A stretch of DNA of 64,000 nucleotides from Nitrospirota bacterium. GTDB lineage: Bacteria > Nitrospirota > Thermodesulfovibrionia > Thermodesulfovibrionales > Dissulfurispiraceae. Positions within the stretch are counted from its first letter, which is position 1; each line of letters begins with the position of its first letter. Made by a program: the position numbers and the translations under genes. The stretch spans positions 544,001-608,000 of the forward strand of contig CAVPZX010000002.1 in the NCBI GenBank assembly GCA_963710375.1, written 5' to 3'. Below are positions 60,500 to 64,000 of this stretch, in pieces. The notes under the pieces are model-generated. The model was not told the DNA's origin. It was given only the letters and a program-made list of their open reading frames with translations, and did no database searches.

Positions 60500-61642
60500 A
60501 TGCTAAAGCGTTATCTTTTGGCACCGGGGCCTACACCTGTGCCTCCTGAAGTTTTGCTCTCAATGGCGATGCCGATTATTCACCACAGGGCGCCTGACTT
60601 TTTGCCTGTACTTGAATCTGCAAAGACAGGTTTGAAGTGGCTGTTCCAGACAAAGAACGATGTGCTTATCCTCACCTCGACCGGCACAGGCGGCATGGTG
60701 GGGGCGGTAAATAATTTCTTTAATCCTGGAGACAAGGTGGTAGTGGTAAACGGAGGAAAATTTGGGGAACGCTGGACGAAGATTGCTCAGTCATACGGAC
60801 TGAAGGTGGAAGAGATACTCGTTGAATGGGGTTATTCGGTAAAGCCTGAGGCTGTTGAGGCAGTATTGAAGAACGACCCCGAAATAAAAGGGGTCTTTGT
60901 GCAGGCTACCGAGACATCCACAGGCGTGTACCACAACATTGAGGGACTCGGAAAAGTCGTAAAGAAATTCGAAAATGCACTGTTTATTGTTGATGCGATA
61001 AGCGCCCTGGTGGCCCAGGACATTAAGACAGATGATTGGGGAATCGATATCATGATCGGAGGTTCACAAAAGGGCATAATGCTGCCTCCGGGGCTTGCAT
61101 TCGTTAGTGTCAGTGATAAGGCATGGAAAAGAAGCGAGACCTCGAAAATGCCGAAGTTCTATTTTAATTTCAAAAAAGAACGGGAGAACCTTGCAAAGAA
61201 CCAGACAAATTTCACCTCTGCCGTGACCTTGATCATAGGGCTCAACGAGGCAATAAAGATGCTGCAGAAAGAAGGGCTCGAAAATGTCTTTAAAAGACAC
61301 GCGCTCCTTGCCCACGCGACGAGAGAGGCGGTAAAGGCAATGGGCCTCGGCCTCTATTCAAAAGAATCCCCGAGCAATTCTGTCACGGCAATAGAAGCTC
61401 CTGCCGGGATTGACGGGCAGTTAATTTACAAAAATTTGAGAGAAAAATACGGAATAACCGGGGCCGGCGGGCAGGACAAGGCAAAAGGCAAGATATTCAG
61501 GCTCGCCCATCTCGGGTATGCCGACATTTTTGATGTCATAACAGGCATTGCTGCCCTGGAAATGGTGCTGAAGGAACTTGGTTACGGTATAAAGCTCGGA
61601 ACCGGAGTTGCAAAAGCACAGGAAATATTGATGCAGCAATAA
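60500..61642 (+). CDS. Class V PLP aminotransferase (Ala-glyoxylate/Ser-pyruvate family; probable SerC substitute)
   Basis: LLAPGPT, ETSTGV, VDAIS, GSQKG, PPGL; directly upstream of serA. Confidence 0.9.
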   Translation: MLKRYLLAPGPTPVPPEVLLSMAMPIIHHRAPDFLPVLESAKTGLKWLFQTKNDVLILTSTGTGGMVGAVNNFFNPGDKVVVVNGGKFGERWTKIAQSYGLKVEEILVEWGYSVKPEAVEAVLKNDPEIKGVFVQATETSTGVYHNIEGLGKVVKKFENALFIVDAISALVAQDIKTDDWGIDIMIGGSQKGIMLPPGLAFVSVSDKAWKRSETSKMPKFYFNFKKERENLAKNQTNFTSAVTLIIGLNEAIKMLQKEGLENVFKRHALLAHATREAVKAMGLGLYSKESPSNSVTAIEAPAGIDGQLIYKNLREKYGITGAGGQDKAKGKIFRLAHLGYADIFDVITGIAALEMVLKELGYGIKLGTGVAKAQEILMQQ

Positions 61643-61653
61643 ATTCACAGATT

Positions 61654-61781
61654 TTTTGGCGCTCAAATTCGCCGCAGGTTTAAGCGATCTGATTGAGCTA
61701 AACCGCAGGCGTAGCAGAGCTACGTTGAGGATTTAGCGACTGAGGATCGATTAAAGATGCGGTGAAGTTGAGATGCCAAAA
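61654..61781. repeat. REP-like long imperfect palindrome
   Basis: ttttggcgctcaaattcgccgca ... tgcggtgaagttgagatgccaaaa with apical cgtagc-aga-gctacg. Confidence 0.65.
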
Positions 61782-61823
61782 CGCTCACTCGATGAGGAGC
61801 GCATTAAAAGGAGGCGAACAAGC

Positions 61824-64000
<2,177 letters not shown>

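Overview
Bacterial chromosomal window. Gene content and order suggest an anaerobic Nitrospirota (Thermodesulfovibrionia-like) or deltaproteobacteria-like organism; this is inference, with no marker gene checked. In order it holds: the pilC 3' end, pilR-pilS and a sigma-54-driven pilA, followed by a glycosylation locus (DUF2723/TMEM260-like GT-C, polyprenol-P-mannose synthase, GT4s, flippase, methyltransferase, B12 radical SAM, gmd); bamA-skp-lpxD-fabZ-lpxA-lpxI; lipoate ligase, HD protein, cooT, DUF3842, dodecin and serS; a fliK-like/flhB-C pair; an HhH glycosylase; PIN-PhoH; a membrane-bound group 1 [NiFe] hydrogenase operon; an acn-gltA-SSADH-ThDP enzyme operon; zur-znuACB; an S10 peptidase; a sensor-less sigma-54 activator with a small target gene; a UGA-readthrough (Sec) rhodanese; a two-component cluster; an HD-GYP gene next to a formate/nitrite channel fused to PilZ; greB, SCO, argF, argD, an aminotransferase, serA and the purA 5' part. 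No rRNA, tRNA, CRISPR array or transposase was seen. Intergenic DNA carries ten inverted 6-8 bp tandem-repeat hairpins and five MITE/REP-like palindromes. Five single-base frameshifts suggest assembly errors. Best leads: the FNT-PilZ channel beside an HD-GYP gene, a TMEM260-like pilin O-mannosylation locus, a hidden selenoprotein, a hydrogenase with unusual Fe-S ligands, and a probable OgdA/SsaD TCA-bypass operon.
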